From Patescibacteria group bacterium (GTDB lineage Bacteria; Patescibacteriota; JABMPQ01; JAHIRA01), in contig JAHISJ010000023.1 of NCBI GenBank assembly GCA_018818205.1, positions 95,103 to 159,102 of the forward strand: a stretch of 64,000 nt of DNA. The letters run 5' to 3'. Positions within the stretch are counted from its first letter, which is position 1. Every line of letters starts with the position of its first letter. Shown here one piece after another: positions 46,694 through 57,217 of this stretch. The position numbers and the translations under genes were made by a program. A model generated the notes under the pieces. That model was not told the origin of the DNA and made no database searches. It was given only the letters and a program-made list of their open reading frames with translations.

Positions 46694-46909
46694 ATGTCAA
46701 AAAAGTATCGAATTGTCGTAAATGAAGACCAGTGCCTGGGTTGCGGGACCTGTGCGGCTTTGCAGCCAAAATATTTCAAAATGGAAGGACAAAAATCAAG
46801 ACCAGTCAAGGAAGTTGTGGTAGAAGGTGAAGATGATATTGATGCAATAAATGAAGCCATTAGTATGTGTCCAAGCGAGGGTATTTTATTAGAATCTCTA
46901 GAGGAATAA
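46694..46909 (+). CDS. Single-cluster ferredoxin
   Basis: CLGCGTC...P..F and distal CP. Confidence 0.88.
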   Translation: MSKKYRIVVNEDQCLGCGTCAALQPKYFKMEGQKSRPVKEVVVEGEDDIDAINEAISMCPSEGILLESLEE

Positions 46910-46910
46910 G

Positions 46911-47846
46911 ATGCTCACTGAGTCTGTATTAATCGGCTTGCTCATGACCATTCCTACGTGGGCGGGCTTAGAAAATAGCATTGTGCTTGACCAAGCTCAA
47001 GATGTTCAGCATGTGAGCAAAATTCAGGAAACAAAAGCAGCTGCAAAAGAGGAATCAACCGGACCGACAAAAACATCAAATAGTCTGGGCATTAAAGTAA
47101 CTGCCGAATCTGCGTTAGTTGTGGATAGAGATTCAAAGCAGGTTCTTTTTTCAAAAAACCCAGATGATGTACGAGCAATGGCAAGCATTACCAAAGTAAT
47201 GACGGCTATTGTTGCGCTCGAAAGCGCAAAAGACCTAGAAGCTACTGTTACTATTGATCCGGAGCTGACCAGGCTTGAAGGTGGAAAGATCAAGCTTCTT
47301 TCAGGAGAAGAGATAACATTGTATGATCTTATCTGTGGTGCGCTGATTGCTTCCGGAAATGATGCGGCTTCAGCTGTAGGTAAATATGTAGGCGGAGGTG
47401 ATATGGACGTTTTTGTTGAAATGATGAATACTAAAGCCAAAGAAATTGGCATGAACCACACGCAGTTTAGAAATCCATCAGGATTAGATGAAGATGGCCA
47501 AATTACCTCTACCCGCGATTTAGCAATTATGTTTGACTATGCGCTTAAAAACGAGAAGTTTCGCGAGATAATTGGTATGAGACATGCTGAGGCACATGCT
47601 TTAAATGTAGATAAGATTCACTATTTTAATAATACAAACAAGCTTTTACGAGATACGTATTCGTATATGAAAGGAGGCAAAACAGGATTCACGGACAATG
47701 CAGGGTTTTGCCTTATTTCTGTATCTGGGCATTCTGCTCAAGATGAAATTATAACGGTAGTCCTTGGAAGCGATTTAAGCGGCAACCAGTTTCAAGACTC
47801 AAAAGCACTCATAGAGTGGACGTACGATAATTTTGAGTGGAAATAG
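46911..47846 (+). CDS. D-Ala-D-Ala carboxypeptidase (peptidase S11)
   Basis: ASITK (SxxK), SGN, KTG. Confidence 0.93.
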   Translation: MLTESVLIGLLMTIPTWAGLENSIVLDQAQDVQHVSKIQETKAAAKEESTGPTKTSNSLGIKVTAESALVVDRDSKQVLFSKNPDDVRAMASITKVMTAIVALESAKDLEATVTIDPELTRLEGGKIKLLSGEEITLYDLICGALIASGNDAASAVGKYVGGGDMDVFVEMMNTKAKEIGMNHTQFRNPSGLDEDGQITSTRDLAIMFDYALKNEKFREIIGMRHAEAHALNVDKIHYFNNTNKLLRDTYSYMKGGKTGFTDNAGFCLISVSGHSAQDEIITVVLGSDLSGNQFQDSKALIEWTYDNFEWK

Positions 47847-47962
47847 GTTACCATTTTTAGATTTGACATACCAAGTAGTAGCCATGTGGCGATGTACTGC
47901 TTCTTTTTTTTCCGTGTCATTTATAGACATCCTCCACATAAATTGCTACAATACGCTCACAA

Positions 47963-49021
47963 ATGCATACTATTCAGGACCCCATTTTGGTTGGAAACGT
48001 TATTAAAGTGTTTATTCTTGCAGCGCTTGCTTTTGGTATTGCTATCCTTTGGACACCACTGCTTACACATTTTCTGTACAAATATCGACTTGGCAAGAAT
48101 ATTAGAAAAGGCGACTCACCTGTCTACACTGAGATGCACAAGAAAAAGGCGGGAACGCCAACAATGGGGGGAATTTTAATATGGGGCACAGTACTGTTTT
48201 TAGTGGGTATTTTTTATCTTTGTGATCTACTAAATGTACCCGTCCTTAAAGAATTTAATTTCCTTAGTCGACCTCAAACGTTCTTGCCGCTAGCATCACT
48301 GGTGCTGGCAGCAATCATTGGTCTTTTTGATGACGTAATGAACGTATTTAAAATTGGGCCAAAAGGCGGAGGCATGAGGCTAAGAGTCAGACTACTTTTA
48401 TATACGGTAGTAGCTATGATTGGCGCATACTGGTTTTACGTAAAACTAGGCTGGGACACCATTCATATTCCTGCATTTGGTGATGTGTCAATTGGGTTTT
48501 TGTATGTTCCACTGTTTATTCTTGTCATTGTAGCAACCTCCTTTTCAGTTAACGAGGCAGACGGTCTCGATGGTCTTGCAGGCGGCATTCTATTCATCTG
48601 TTTTAGTGCATATGCAGTAATAGCGTTTTTGCAAGGCAAGGTTGAACTCACCATGTTTTGTGCAGTCATAGTCGGAGCACTCCTCGCCTTTTTATGGTTT
48701 AATATCTATCCGGCACGGTTTTTTATGGGTGACACGGGGGCTATGTCACTAGGGGTAACTCTGGGTATTGTTGCAATGCTTACCAATACCGTTTTAGTGC
48801 TCCCTATACTTGCTTTTCCGCTTGTACTTGAGACAGGGTCGGTGCTTATACAGATCCCGTATAAGAAGCTTACCGGCAAGAAGATATTTAGATCGACACC
48901 AATACATCATCACTTTGAAGCGCTCGGTTGGCCAGAGTCAAAAGTGACCATGCGTTTTTGGGTTATTGCTCTCATTTCTGCAGCGGTTGGTATGGTGATT
49001 GGGCTTATAGGAATGGGGTAG
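47963..49021 (+). CDS. mraY: Phospho-N-acetylmuramoyl-pentapeptide transferase
   Basis: GTPTMGG, DGLDGL, FMGDTG, PIHHHFE. Confidence 0.97.
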   Translation: MHTIQDPILVGNVIKVFILAALAFGIAILWTPLLTHFLYKYRLGKNIRKGDSPVYTEMHKKKAGTPTMGGILIWGTVLFLVGIFYLCDLLNVPVLKEFNFLSRPQTFLPLASLVLAAIIGLFDDVMNVFKIGPKGGGMRLRVRLLLYTVVAMIGAYWFYVKLGWDTIHIPAFGDVSIGFLYVPLFILVIVATSFSVNEADGLDGLAGGILFICFSAYAVIAFLQGKVELTMFCAVIVGALLAFLWFNIYPARFFMGDTGAMSLGVTLGIVAMLTNTVLVLPILAFPLVLETGSVLIQIPYKKLTGKKIFRSTPIHHHFEALGWPESKVTMRFWVIALISAAVGMVIGLIGMG

Positions 49022-49050
49022 TGTTGATTATTGATAACTGAAATGAAACT

Positions 49051-49848
49051 ATGGTTGGTATTTTTGACTCAGGAGTCGGCGGTCTTACCGTTGCAAAAGC
49101 AGTGTTAGGAGAACTTCCCTCCCATGCGGTGGTCTATTTTGGTGATACTGCACGAGTTCCGTACGGCAGTAAGAGTAAAGAATTAGTGGTGCAGTACTCA
49201 AAAGAGATCACAGAATTTCTCCTGAGTAAAAAAGCAGATGTAATTGTTGTTGGATGTCACACAGCCTCTGCTCTTGCTTCAGATGAGCTAAAAAGAGCAT
49301 ATCCTAAAATACCCATATTTGATGTAATCAAGCCAGGGCTTGTTGCTGCATATAAGGCGACTAAAAACAAAAAAATTGGTATAATAGGGACTGAAGGGAC
49401 AATAGCTGCAGAAGTGCATGAGAAGATGCTTAAACAAATGGACCCAAGTGTTAAGGTTTTCACAGCAGCATGCCCTTTACTTGTTTCGCTTGCTGAGGAA
49501 GGCTGGGTTTCAAAACCGGAAACCAAGCGCATAATAAAGTTTTATTTACGAAAGCTCAAAGCTGCACAAGTTGATACACTAGTGCTTGCATGTACTCATT
49601 ATCCTATTCTACTAAAAGATATTGAGTCATTTATGAGCAGAAGAGGAAAAAAGATTACTACCATTGACCCGGGAGTAGAAACAGCCAAGGAGTTGAAATT
49701 GTTTTTAGAAAAAAATCCCGAGTATGCAAAAGAAAAGGCAGAGAATGTGTTTTACGTTAGTGATTACACGCCAAGGGTTGATCGTATTGCCAAAATGATA
49801 TTTAAAAAACCAATCTCGTTTAAAAAGGCAGATCTAAAAACAAAATAA
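49051..49848 (+). CDS. murI: Glutamate racemase
   Basis: GIFDSGVGGLTV, GDTARVPYG, CHTAS, LACTHYP. Confidence 0.96.
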   Translation: MVGIFDSGVGGLTVAKAVLGELPSHAVVYFGDTARVPYGSKSKELVVQYSKEITEFLLSKKADVIVVGCHTASALASDELKRAYPKIPIFDVIKPGLVAAYKATKNKKIGIIGTEGTIAAEVHEKMLKQMDPSVKVFTAACPLLVSLAEEGWVSKPETKRIIKFYLRKLKAAQVDTLVLACTHYPILLKDIESFMSRRGKKITTIDPGVETAKELKLFLEKNPEYAKEKAENVFYVSDYTPRVDRIAKMIFKKPISFKKADLKTK

Positions 49849-49857
49849 TATTTTAGT

Positions 49858-51498
49858 ATGTACGACATACTCATTACAAATGCAACAATAGTCGATGGTA
49901 CAGGAAGAAAACGATATAAAGGTGATGTTGGTATTAAAAAAGAAATCATTGTTGAAATTGGTGAGCTTTCAGGAAAAAGCGCGCATAAAACTATTGATGC
50001 CAAAGGTCTTATTGTTGCTCCCGGATTTGTAGATATTTTAAATCATTCAGATAGTTACCTTACATTGCTAAAGAGTCCCAAGCTTTCAAGTTTGGCTGCT
50101 CAAGGAATTACGACTATTCTTGTAGGACATTGTGGGTCATCGCTTGCACCACTTGTGAGTGCCAATGTAGAGAAAGCTATGAATAGGTGGGCTCAGTTGT
50201 TTAGAAACGTGATACTTCCTCCTAAACAGAGCGATACTGCGCTTAAGTCAGTTAGAAAGTGGGCAGACACAACCGGTGTAAATATTAATTGGGTTACTGT
50301 TGCTGATTATCTTTCAGAGTTAAAGAAGATGGGAATGGGGGTGAACGTAGCAACGCTTATTGGTCATAGCACCATCAGAAGAACGCTGGTGCAAGATGAG
50401 CAACGTGAACTTTCTAGAGACGAGCTTGATCATTTAAAACAATTGGTGGCTGATTCAATGCAGGATGGAGCACATGGTCTTTCATTCGGTTTGCAGTATA
50501 CGCATGCATATTATGTGCAAAAAAAAGAGCTTGTTGAGCTCGCACAGGTAACCAGAGAATATGGAGGAAAATGTTACTTCCATTTACGTGATGAAGAGCA
50601 GGGCGTTGCTGAGTCAGTGCGAGAAGTGATTGACATTGCGAAGCAGGCAGAAGTAGGGGTTGAGATTGTGCACATGCAGACTCGTGAAAAATTTTCTAGT
50701 GAGTTTGAATCAGCACTAAATGAGATTGAACATGCTTCCAATGAAGGAGTCGAAATAAACTTTGACTTTTTTCCGTATAAGACGTCGTGGACAGTACTGT
50801 ATACGTGTTTACCAGAATGGGCGTATAGGGGAAGCAGGGAGGATCTACTCAGACGACTTTCTGAGAAAAAAAGCTATGATAAAATAGCTGAGGAGCTTTC
50901 AGAAACTGATAAGCCATTTGACGACTTTGTCGTTTCGTATGCTCCATATAACAAGGCCTATGTAGGGAGAAGAATCGGCGATATTGCACAAATCAGAGGA
51001 ATCCCTGTAGAAAATTCGGTTCTAGATGTGCTTAAGGCGTGTAAAGGACATGTTATTTGCTTTGAGCCAAAAAAAACAGAGAAGATCATTGAAGAAAGCA
51101 TAGAAGATCCCCTAAGTATCGTAGCATCAGGTGGTGCAGGATATGACCAAGCCATTGTTCACGAAGGACAATTGGTTCATCCACGGTGTTTTGGAACATT
51201 CCCTCGGTTCATAAGGAAGTACGTACGAGAAAGTGAGTTACTAACGTTAGAGAGAGCAATCCAGAAAATAACAAGCATCCCAGCTCTCAAAATAGGTTTT
51301 TTTGATAGAGGCTTTATCCATGAAAGCATGAAGGCAGATATTGTTATTTTTGACTATAAGAAAATTAGAGATCGTGCAACGCTGAGGAATCCGTTTCTTT
51401 ACCCTGAGGGAATAAAAGATGTCATTGTAAATGGCACGTTTGTGGTAGAAGAAGGCTCACTTACAAACAATCGTCCTGGAGCAGTTCTTAAGAAATAG
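49858..51498 (+). CDS. N-acyl-D-amino-acid deacylase homolog with altered active site
   Basis: IVDGTG, APGFVD, HLRDE, HPRCFGTFPR, ADIVIFD. Confidence 0.88.
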   Translation: MYDILITNATIVDGTGRKRYKGDVGIKKEIIVEIGELSGKSAHKTIDAKGLIVAPGFVDILNHSDSYLTLLKSPKLSSLAAQGITTILVGHCGSSLAPLVSANVEKAMNRWAQLFRNVILPPKQSDTALKSVRKWADTTGVNINWVTVADYLSELKKMGMGVNVATLIGHSTIRRTLVQDEQRELSRDELDHLKQLVADSMQDGAHGLSFGLQYTHAYYVQKKELVELAQVTREYGGKCYFHLRDEEQGVAESVREVIDIAKQAEVGVEIVHMQTREKFSSEFESALNEIEHASNEGVEINFDFFPYKTSWTVLYTCLPEWAYRGSREDLLRRLSEKKSYDKIAEELSETDKPFDDFVVSYAPYNKAYVGRRIGDIAQIRGIPVENSVLDVLKACKGHVICFEPKKTEKIIEESIEDPLSIVASGGAGYDQAIVHEGQLVHPRCFGTFPRFIRKYVRESELLTLERAIQKITSIPALKIGFFDRGFIHESMKADIVIFDYKKIRDRATLRNPFLYPEGIKDVIVNGTFVVEEGSLTNNRPGAVLKK

Positions 51499-51499
51499 T

Positions 51500-52252
51500 A
51501 TGGGATATAGACTTTTCCCAGGGTTTTTTAAGGCAATTAATGGTATACATACCACGTTCTATATTGAGAAGCTTAGGTCATCGATCGATAGAAAAACATC
51601 TCAAGATCTCTCAAGGCGACTAGGTTTAGCTAAACCACTTGCTGTCATGGAGCAAGTGCACAGCAATTCAGTATTGGTAATAAAAAGTGCCCTACCAAAA
51701 AAACAAGAAATTATTCAAGGTGTAGATGCGCTTATAACTAAGAGAGACGATGTTATTTTAGGTGTATACTCAGGCGATTGTGTTGCAGCCCTGTGCTTTG
51801 ATCAAGAGAAAAGAGTCATTGCGGTGTTTCACGCGGGGTATAACGGTATACTGTCTGATATCTCTGGTAAGGTTATTTATAGAATGATTCATGAGTTTGA
51901 TTCGAACCCACGTGATATACTTATTCAAACTGCTCCGGCAATACAGTCATGTTGCTATAACGTCTCAGACGCTCGCGATAACAGAGTACAAAGGTTTAGC
52001 TCTCAGTTTGGTGATGATGCTATAGTGAAACAAGGTTCAAACGCATATCTTGACCTGCGCTATGCTTTAAAGAGGCAGCTTACAAAACACAAGATTTCAC
52101 GTAAAAATATGCTCCTTTCCAGAGAATGCACAGCGTGCTCAGAAAATGATTATCCTTCACACTACCGAACAAAATTTATAGAAAAGAAGAAGCAAAGAGA
52201 GTATACGCTTTTTTCAACAATAGAATTAACACACGATGGATCTACAACATAA
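51500..52252 (+). CDS. pgeF: YfiH/PgeF-family protein (peptidoglycan editing / purine nucleoside phosphorylase)
   Basis: QVHS, DALIT, GDC, HAG, I..CCY.V, CTAC, SHYR. Confidence 0.85.
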   Translation: MGYRLFPGFFKAINGIHTTFYIEKLRSSIDRKTSQDLSRRLGLAKPLAVMEQVHSNSVLVIKSALPKKQEIIQGVDALITKRDDVILGVYSGDCVAALCFDQEKRVIAVFHAGYNGILSDISGKVIYRMIHEFDSNPRDILIQTAPAIQSCCYNVSDARDNRVQRFSSQFGDDAIVKQGSNAYLDLRYALKRQLTKHKISRKNMLLSRECTACSENDYPSHYRTKFIEKKKQREYTLFSTIELTHDGSTT

Positions 52253-53669
52253 AAATATTCACGTCATTGGAGTGAGCGGTGCAGAAGGGTCGGCAGTTGC
52301 TCTTTTTTTGGCATCCAAAGTTGATGAAAAGAATCTAACAATGCATGATTTTTCATCAGAAAGCGAATTTAAGGAAAACTTTTTTTCATTTCATGATGCG
52401 TATACCGTAGATGAGAAAGAGGCCTTGTATCAAAATCTGATTTCCTTAAAAGTACACTATGCATTTGGGGATGATTACTTGCAAGGTATAGAAACAGCCG
52501 ATATAATTTTTGTTCCTCAAGCATGGTTTAGACATGCTATCAACGAACCCTTAAAACAATATGCAGATACTTTTTCAAGCATCATTGCGTTGTATTTGCA
52601 GTACGCAAAATGTCCAGTAGTGGGGATTACCGGCACATCAGGAAAATCGACCACATCAGCACTGACCTACCAGATGATAAAAGAAAGTGGAAGAAAAGTA
52701 CTTCTTACTGGAAACGAGCGTCATGTAAAGCAATGTCTTGATGACGTAGAGGCTCTAGCAGAGGACGATGCACTGGTGCTGGAAATATCGCATAGACAGC
52801 TCATGCTCGATCTTAAAAAGAGCCCACATATTGCCGTTATTACCAATATTTCTCCAAATCATATTGATGATTGTGGCACTTTTGAGACGTATACTGATAT
52901 AAAGAAGAGTATAGTAGCATATCAGAAAGAGAATGATGTTTTTATAACCAACTATGATAATAAGGTGACACAAGATATCGTGAGCCTCGGGGAAAGGCGT
53001 TTTTTTAGTAGAAAAACTCGTCAAAAAAACGGAGCATATGTTGAGAATGATCTATTGATTATTGAACGTGAAGGAAAAAAACAAGCAGTATGTAGTGTAG
53101 ATGAGATAGGACTTTCTGGGGGTTATAATGTAGAGAACACACTTGCCGCTTCTCTTGCCGCTTCTGCTCTTGGAGTTGAGGTAGAGCCTATTGCTCGGGC
53201 GGCAAAAAAGTTTACTCCACTTTCGGCACGTCTTGAGAAAATTAGAGAACTCAAGGGAGTTACCTACATTAACGATGGCAAATCAAGCAATCCAGAAGCG
53301 GTTATTGGAGCTCTAGAAGCATTAGAAAAACCTGTGATTCTTATTGCCGGAGGTACGCGCAAAGTCCCCATCGAAGGTGAATATGAAAAGCTTGCAGAGG
53401 GAATCGTAGGCAGCACTGTTAAGAATGTGATTCTTATTGGAGCAACCAAAGAAGAAGTAGCAAACGCGCTTCAAAAAATGAGTACATCAAAAGATATTCA
53501 GATTGTTACTGCGGGCTCACTCCAGGAAGCTGTATTAAACGCATACGGATTGGCAGAAGAAGGGGACGTTGTTCTTCTCTCTCCAGGAGCGGAAAGTTTT
53601 GATATGTTCACTGATTATCGTGAGCGTATTGACATTTTTAACGAAGCGGTTAACGGGTTACCATCGTGA
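52236..53669 (+). CDS. murD: UDP-MurNAc-L-Ala:D-Glu ligase
   Basis: GITGTSGKSTT, VLEIS, NISPNH.D, YIND.KSSN, VLLSPGAESFDMF. Confidence 0.93.
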   Translation: MDLQHKNIHVIGVSGAEGSAVALFLASKVDEKNLTMHDFSSESEFKENFFSFHDAYTVDEKEALYQNLISLKVHYAFGDDYLQGIETADIIFVPQAWFRHAINEPLKQYADTFSSIIALYLQYAKCPVVGITGTSGKSTTSALTYQMIKESGRKVLLTGNERHVKQCLDDVEALAEDDALVLEISHRQLMLDLKKSPHIAVITNISPNHIDDCGTFETYTDIKKSIVAYQKENDVFITNYDNKVTQDIVSLGERRFFSRKTRQKNGAYVENDLLIIEREGKKQAVCSVDEIGLSGGYNVENTLAASLAASALGVEVEPIARAAKKFTPLSARLEKIRELKGVTYINDGKSSNPEAVIGALEALEKPVILIAGGTRKVPIEGEYEKLAEGIVGSTVKNVILIGATKEEVANALQKMSTSKDIQIVTAGSLQEAVLNAYGLAEEGDVVLLSPGAESFDMFTDYRERIDIFNEAVNGLPS

Positions 53670-54763
53670 GAAAGACAAAGCTTAGCCATATGCTTTTAAT
53701 CCTCACCTGTATTCTGGTTGTTTTTGGGTTGGTAATGCTTTCTTCAGCAAGCGTGGTCAAGAGTTTTGAGCATAAAGGAAATAACTATTATTACTTTATT
53801 CATCAGTTGCTCTCCGGCGCAATTCCAGGGATAGCTGTACTTCTTATTGCCTCTTTTATTGATTATAGAAAATGGAAACGTTTTGCGGCTCCATTGCTTT
53901 TTATTACACTCATTTTGCTGATTTTAGTGCTTATCCCGGGGATTACTGTTGAAGCAGGAGGTGCGAGGAGGTGGATTAACCTGGGACCATTGTCGCTCCA
54001 ACCGACAGAGATTGCTAAGCTTACGTTTCTTCTCTATCTCACTACATGGATAGAAAAACGTGAAAAAGGAATTAAGGATTTTAATACAGGTTTCCTACCG
54101 TTTATTAGCATTGTCGGAATTGTCTGTTTTTTAATTATGCTTGAACCTGATCTTGGAACAATGTCTGTTATTGTATTTTCAGCAATTGTCGTTTACTATA
54201 TTGCGGGGGCACGCCTCAGCCATCTTGCATTGCTTGGCGTTTCAGGTGTTGCGCTTATTACGCTGCTTATTAAAACTGCGCCCTACCGTTTGGCACGCTT
54301 CACGGTCTTTTTAAATCCTGAGCTTGATCCAAGTGGTATTGGCTACCAAATAAATCAGGCACTTCTAGCCGTTGGATCAGGAGGTCTCTTTGGAAAGGGC
54401 TTGGGGAGGAGCGTCCAAAAGTATAACTATCTCCCAGAAGTAACCGGCGATTCCATTTTTGCTGTTATCGCAGAAGAGCTTGGTTTTTTTAGAATTATTT
54501 TTCTTTTGATTCTTTTTGCTCTTTTTGGTATTATTGGCTTTACTATTTCTAAACGAGCACCCGATTTTTATGGAAGAATTTTAGCTGCAGGAATAACAAC
54601 GTGGATTGTTTTTCAAGCATTTGTTAATATTGCTGCCATGCTTTCACTCGTACCGCTTACCGGTATTCCACTTCCCTTTATAAGCTACGGAGGTACTGCG
54701 CTTTTAGTTTCGCTTTCCGCTGTAGGAATCCTCATCAATATTGGAAGACAAGCTGATGTATAG
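53666..54763 (+). CDS. ftsW: SEDS peptidoglycan polymerase FtsW
   Basis: GARRWI, QPTE.AK, EPDLG, GYQI.Q, YLPE..GDSIF, LPFISYGGT. Confidence 0.95.
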   Translation: MRKTKLSHMLLILTCILVVFGLVMLSSASVVKSFEHKGNNYYYFIHQLLSGAIPGIAVLLIASFIDYRKWKRFAAPLLFITLILLILVLIPGITVEAGGARRWINLGPLSLQPTEIAKLTFLLYLTTWIEKREKGIKDFNTGFLPFISIVGIVCFLIMLEPDLGTMSVIVFSAIVVYYIAGARLSHLALLGVSGVALITLLIKTAPYRLARFTVFLNPELDPSGIGYQINQALLAVGSGGLFGKGLGRSVQKYNYLPEVTGDSIFAVIAEELGFFRIIFLLILFALFGIIGFTISKRAPDFYGRILAAGITTWIVFQAFVNIAAMLSLVPLTGIPLPFISYGGTALLVSLSAVGILINIGRQADV

Positions 54764-54768
54764 TTTTT

Positions 54769-55851
54769 ATGAATGAGCAGAAAATAGTATTGGTGGGGGG
54801 TGGTACGGCTGGCTCTGTTATGCCGCTTATTGCGATATATCAAAAACTTCGTACACAAAAACAAAAGTATACCTTTTTATTTTTAGGAACTAAAAATGGT
54901 ATAGAAAAAGACATCGCTCTCTCAGAGGACATTCCCTTTACTGCAATTATAAGTGGAAAGTTTAGACGCTATTTTGATGTAAGAAACCTTATTGATCCAT
55001 TTAAAACGATTGCAGGAATTTTTCAGTCACTATATGTTTTGAGCAAATACAAACCGGAAGTTGTTCTTTCCGCAGGAAGTTTTGTCGCAACGCCGGTTAT
55101 TTGGGCTGCATGGCTTCTTGGAATTCCAGTTATTGTCCATCAACTCGACATAAAGAAGGGACTTTCTAATGCACTGACGGCACCGTGTGCAACTCACATT
55201 ACCGTTGTACTTGAAGAGCTAAAAAACTTTTTTCCTGAATTCAAAACGATTTGGACGGGGAATCCAGTGCGCGAATCGCTTTTGCATGGTGATCGTGAAA
55301 GAGCAATAAATCGCTTTGGGCTGAGACATGATCTTCCGATTTTACTTGTCCTCGGTGGGGGTACCGGGGCTTTGGAACTTAACAAAATTATCGCTGACTC
55401 AAGAAGAGAACTTACCAAATTTGTTCAAATTATTCACATAACAGGCAAGGATAAAAAAGTGGTAGAAAGCGAGGGGAATTATCACGCCTACTCGTTTTTA
55501 AAAGATGATTTAAAATATGCGTATGCAGCAAGTGATGTAGTCATTTCCCGTGCAGGCATGTCAACAATAAGTGAGCTTGCGGTGCTTAAAAAACCGCTTA
55601 TTTTGGTCCCACTTCCACATAGTCATCAATTGGATAATGCCTCTTTTTTTGAAAAAAGGAACGCGTGTCAGGTGCTAAAACAAGAGGAACTTTCCGTTTC
55701 TACTATCACTAAAGCGGTTAAAAAGTATCTAGTAGATACTGAGTATAAAAGAAAAGTAACTGATCATTTAGCTGGACTTTTTAGAAGCGATTCTTTAGAG
55801 TGTTATATCAAGCTTATTCAAAGGACGATTAAAGAGAACCATGAAGAATGA
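54769..55851 (+). CDS. murG: Lipid II GlcNAc transferase
   Basis: GGGTAG, GKFRRY, TGNPVR, ISRAG, HQ..NA. Confidence 0.93.
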   Translation: MNEQKIVLVGGGTAGSVMPLIAIYQKLRTQKQKYTFLFLGTKNGIEKDIALSEDIPFTAIISGKFRRYFDVRNLIDPFKTIAGIFQSLYVLSKYKPEVVLSAGSFVATPVIWAAWLLGIPVIVHQLDIKKGLSNALTAPCATHITVVLEELKNFFPEFKTIWTGNPVRESLLHGDRERAINRFGLRHDLPILLVLGGGTGALELNKIIADSRRELTKFVQIIHITGKDKKVVESEGNYHAYSFLKDDLKYAYAASDVVISRAGMSTISELAVLKKPLILVPLPHSHQLDNASFFEKRNACQVLKQEELSVSTITKAVKKYLVDTEYKRKVTDHLAGLFRSDSLECYIKLIQRTIKENHEE

Positions 55852-57217
55852 TTGTGACGTTTTGTACTGCATAGGAATTGGAGGTAAAGGTGTTGCTTCT
55901 GTCGCAAGTCTCTTTTTGCAGATGGGAAAAAAGGTGGTTGGTTCAGATTTAGTCGAAACACGGTCAACAAAGCAACTTGCAAAAGAAGGTGCAACGATTA
56001 GTATCGGAAAGCAGAAAAAAGAGAATATTCCCAATAACGTTGATATAGCAGTGTATTCAAAATCAATTACTGATGATAACTCAGAGCTCATTGAACTTAA
56101 AAATAGAAACATTTCGTGTTATACGTATCCATCTTTTGTTGCGCTTCTTACAAAAAATAAAAAGGTCATCGGCATTTCTGGAACACATGGGAAGTCTACA
56201 ACCACTGCGCTCACTGGTATTATGCTTGAGCATGCAAAACTCGATCCAACCGTTGTTGTTGGGTCCTATGTCCCATTTTTTAAAAGTACCGCACGGTATG
56301 GTTTAAGTGACTATTTTGTTTTAGAAGCAGACGAGTATCGTTTGGCTTTTCATGAGTATTCAGCGCAAATTGCGGTAGTGACCTCAATCGACTTTGATCA
56401 TCCTGACTGTTTTCCAGACATTAATGCAGTAAAAAATGCATTTAAGGGATTCATAGACAAAATGCCTCAAGATGGTGTTATTGTTGCAAATGCTGACGAT
56501 GTTTTGATTAAAGAGGTCGTTTCTAGTAGCAATAGAGAAACAATCTGGTATGGTATTGAGTCAGATGATGCTCAAATCCGTGCAAAAAATATTCATTTTA
56601 GTGACAAAACTACTTTTGATTGTTATTTATCTGAAGGGGAAATAAAAGACATCACTCTTCATATCCCGGGAACTCACAATATATCAAATGCACTTGCTGC
56701 AATTGGAGTTGGCAAAGTTCTTAACGTGCCTGAGGCTCTTATTAAAGAGGGATTGTATTTGTATAAAGGTGCGTTCAGGCGATTTGAAGTAAGAGGTGAA
56801 GTAGGTGGCATAACGATCATTGACGATTATGCACATCATCCATTAGAGGTTCAAAAAACCATTGAGGCGGCTAGATTAAGATTTCCAGGAAGACGAGTAG
56901 TAGCAGTGTTTCAGCCGCACCATCAAGAGCGGACGCGCGCACTATTTTCTGAATTCAGTGAAGCATTAAGTGTCGCCGATTTTGCAGTCATTACAGACGT
57001 GTATCGTGTTCCGGGAAGAACAAGTGAGGAGGAGATTCCAATGAAGAAAATGGCGTTTAGTGTTCGTGAAAAAGGTGTTGATTCTCTGTACGTAGCTAAT
57101 TACAATGAACTACCTGCCTTGCTTCCTTCAAAGCTTAGTGAAGGTGATGTCGTTTTAATAATGGGGGCGGGGAATATTAATACCATAATTCCTGCGTTAG
57201 TCAAAAAAATCTCATGA
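55841..57217 (+). CDS. murC: UDP-MurNAc:L-Ala ligase
   Basis: IGIGGKG, GTHGKSTTT, EADEY, DDYAHHP.E, FQPH. Confidence 0.96.
   Translation: MKNDCDVLYCIGIGGKGVASVASLFLQMGKKVVGSDLVETRSTKQLAKEGATISIGKQKKENIPNNVDIAVYSKSITDDNSELIELKNRNISCYTYPSFVALLTKNKKVIGISGTHGKSTTTALTGIMLEHAKLDPTVVVGSYVPFFKSTARYGLSDYFVLEADEYRLAFHEYSAQIAVVTSIDFDHPDCFPDINAVKNAFKGFIDKMPQDGVIVANADDVLIKEVVSSSNRETIWYGIESDDAQIRAKNIHFSDKTTFDCYLSEGEIKDITLHIPGTHNISNALAAIGVGKVLNVPEALIKEGLYLYKGAFRRFEVRGEVGGITIIDDYAHHPLEVQKTIEAARLRFPGRRVVAVFQPHHQERTRALFSEFSEALSVADFAVITDVYRVPGRTSEEEIPMKKMAFSVREKGVDSLYVANYNELPALLPSKLSEGDVVLIMGAGNINTIIPALVKKIS

Noticed and set aside
54769-55851. MurG inactivation (GGGTAGS instead of GGGTGGH)
   Set aside because: All other motifs and the operon context are intact; most likely a lineage variant.
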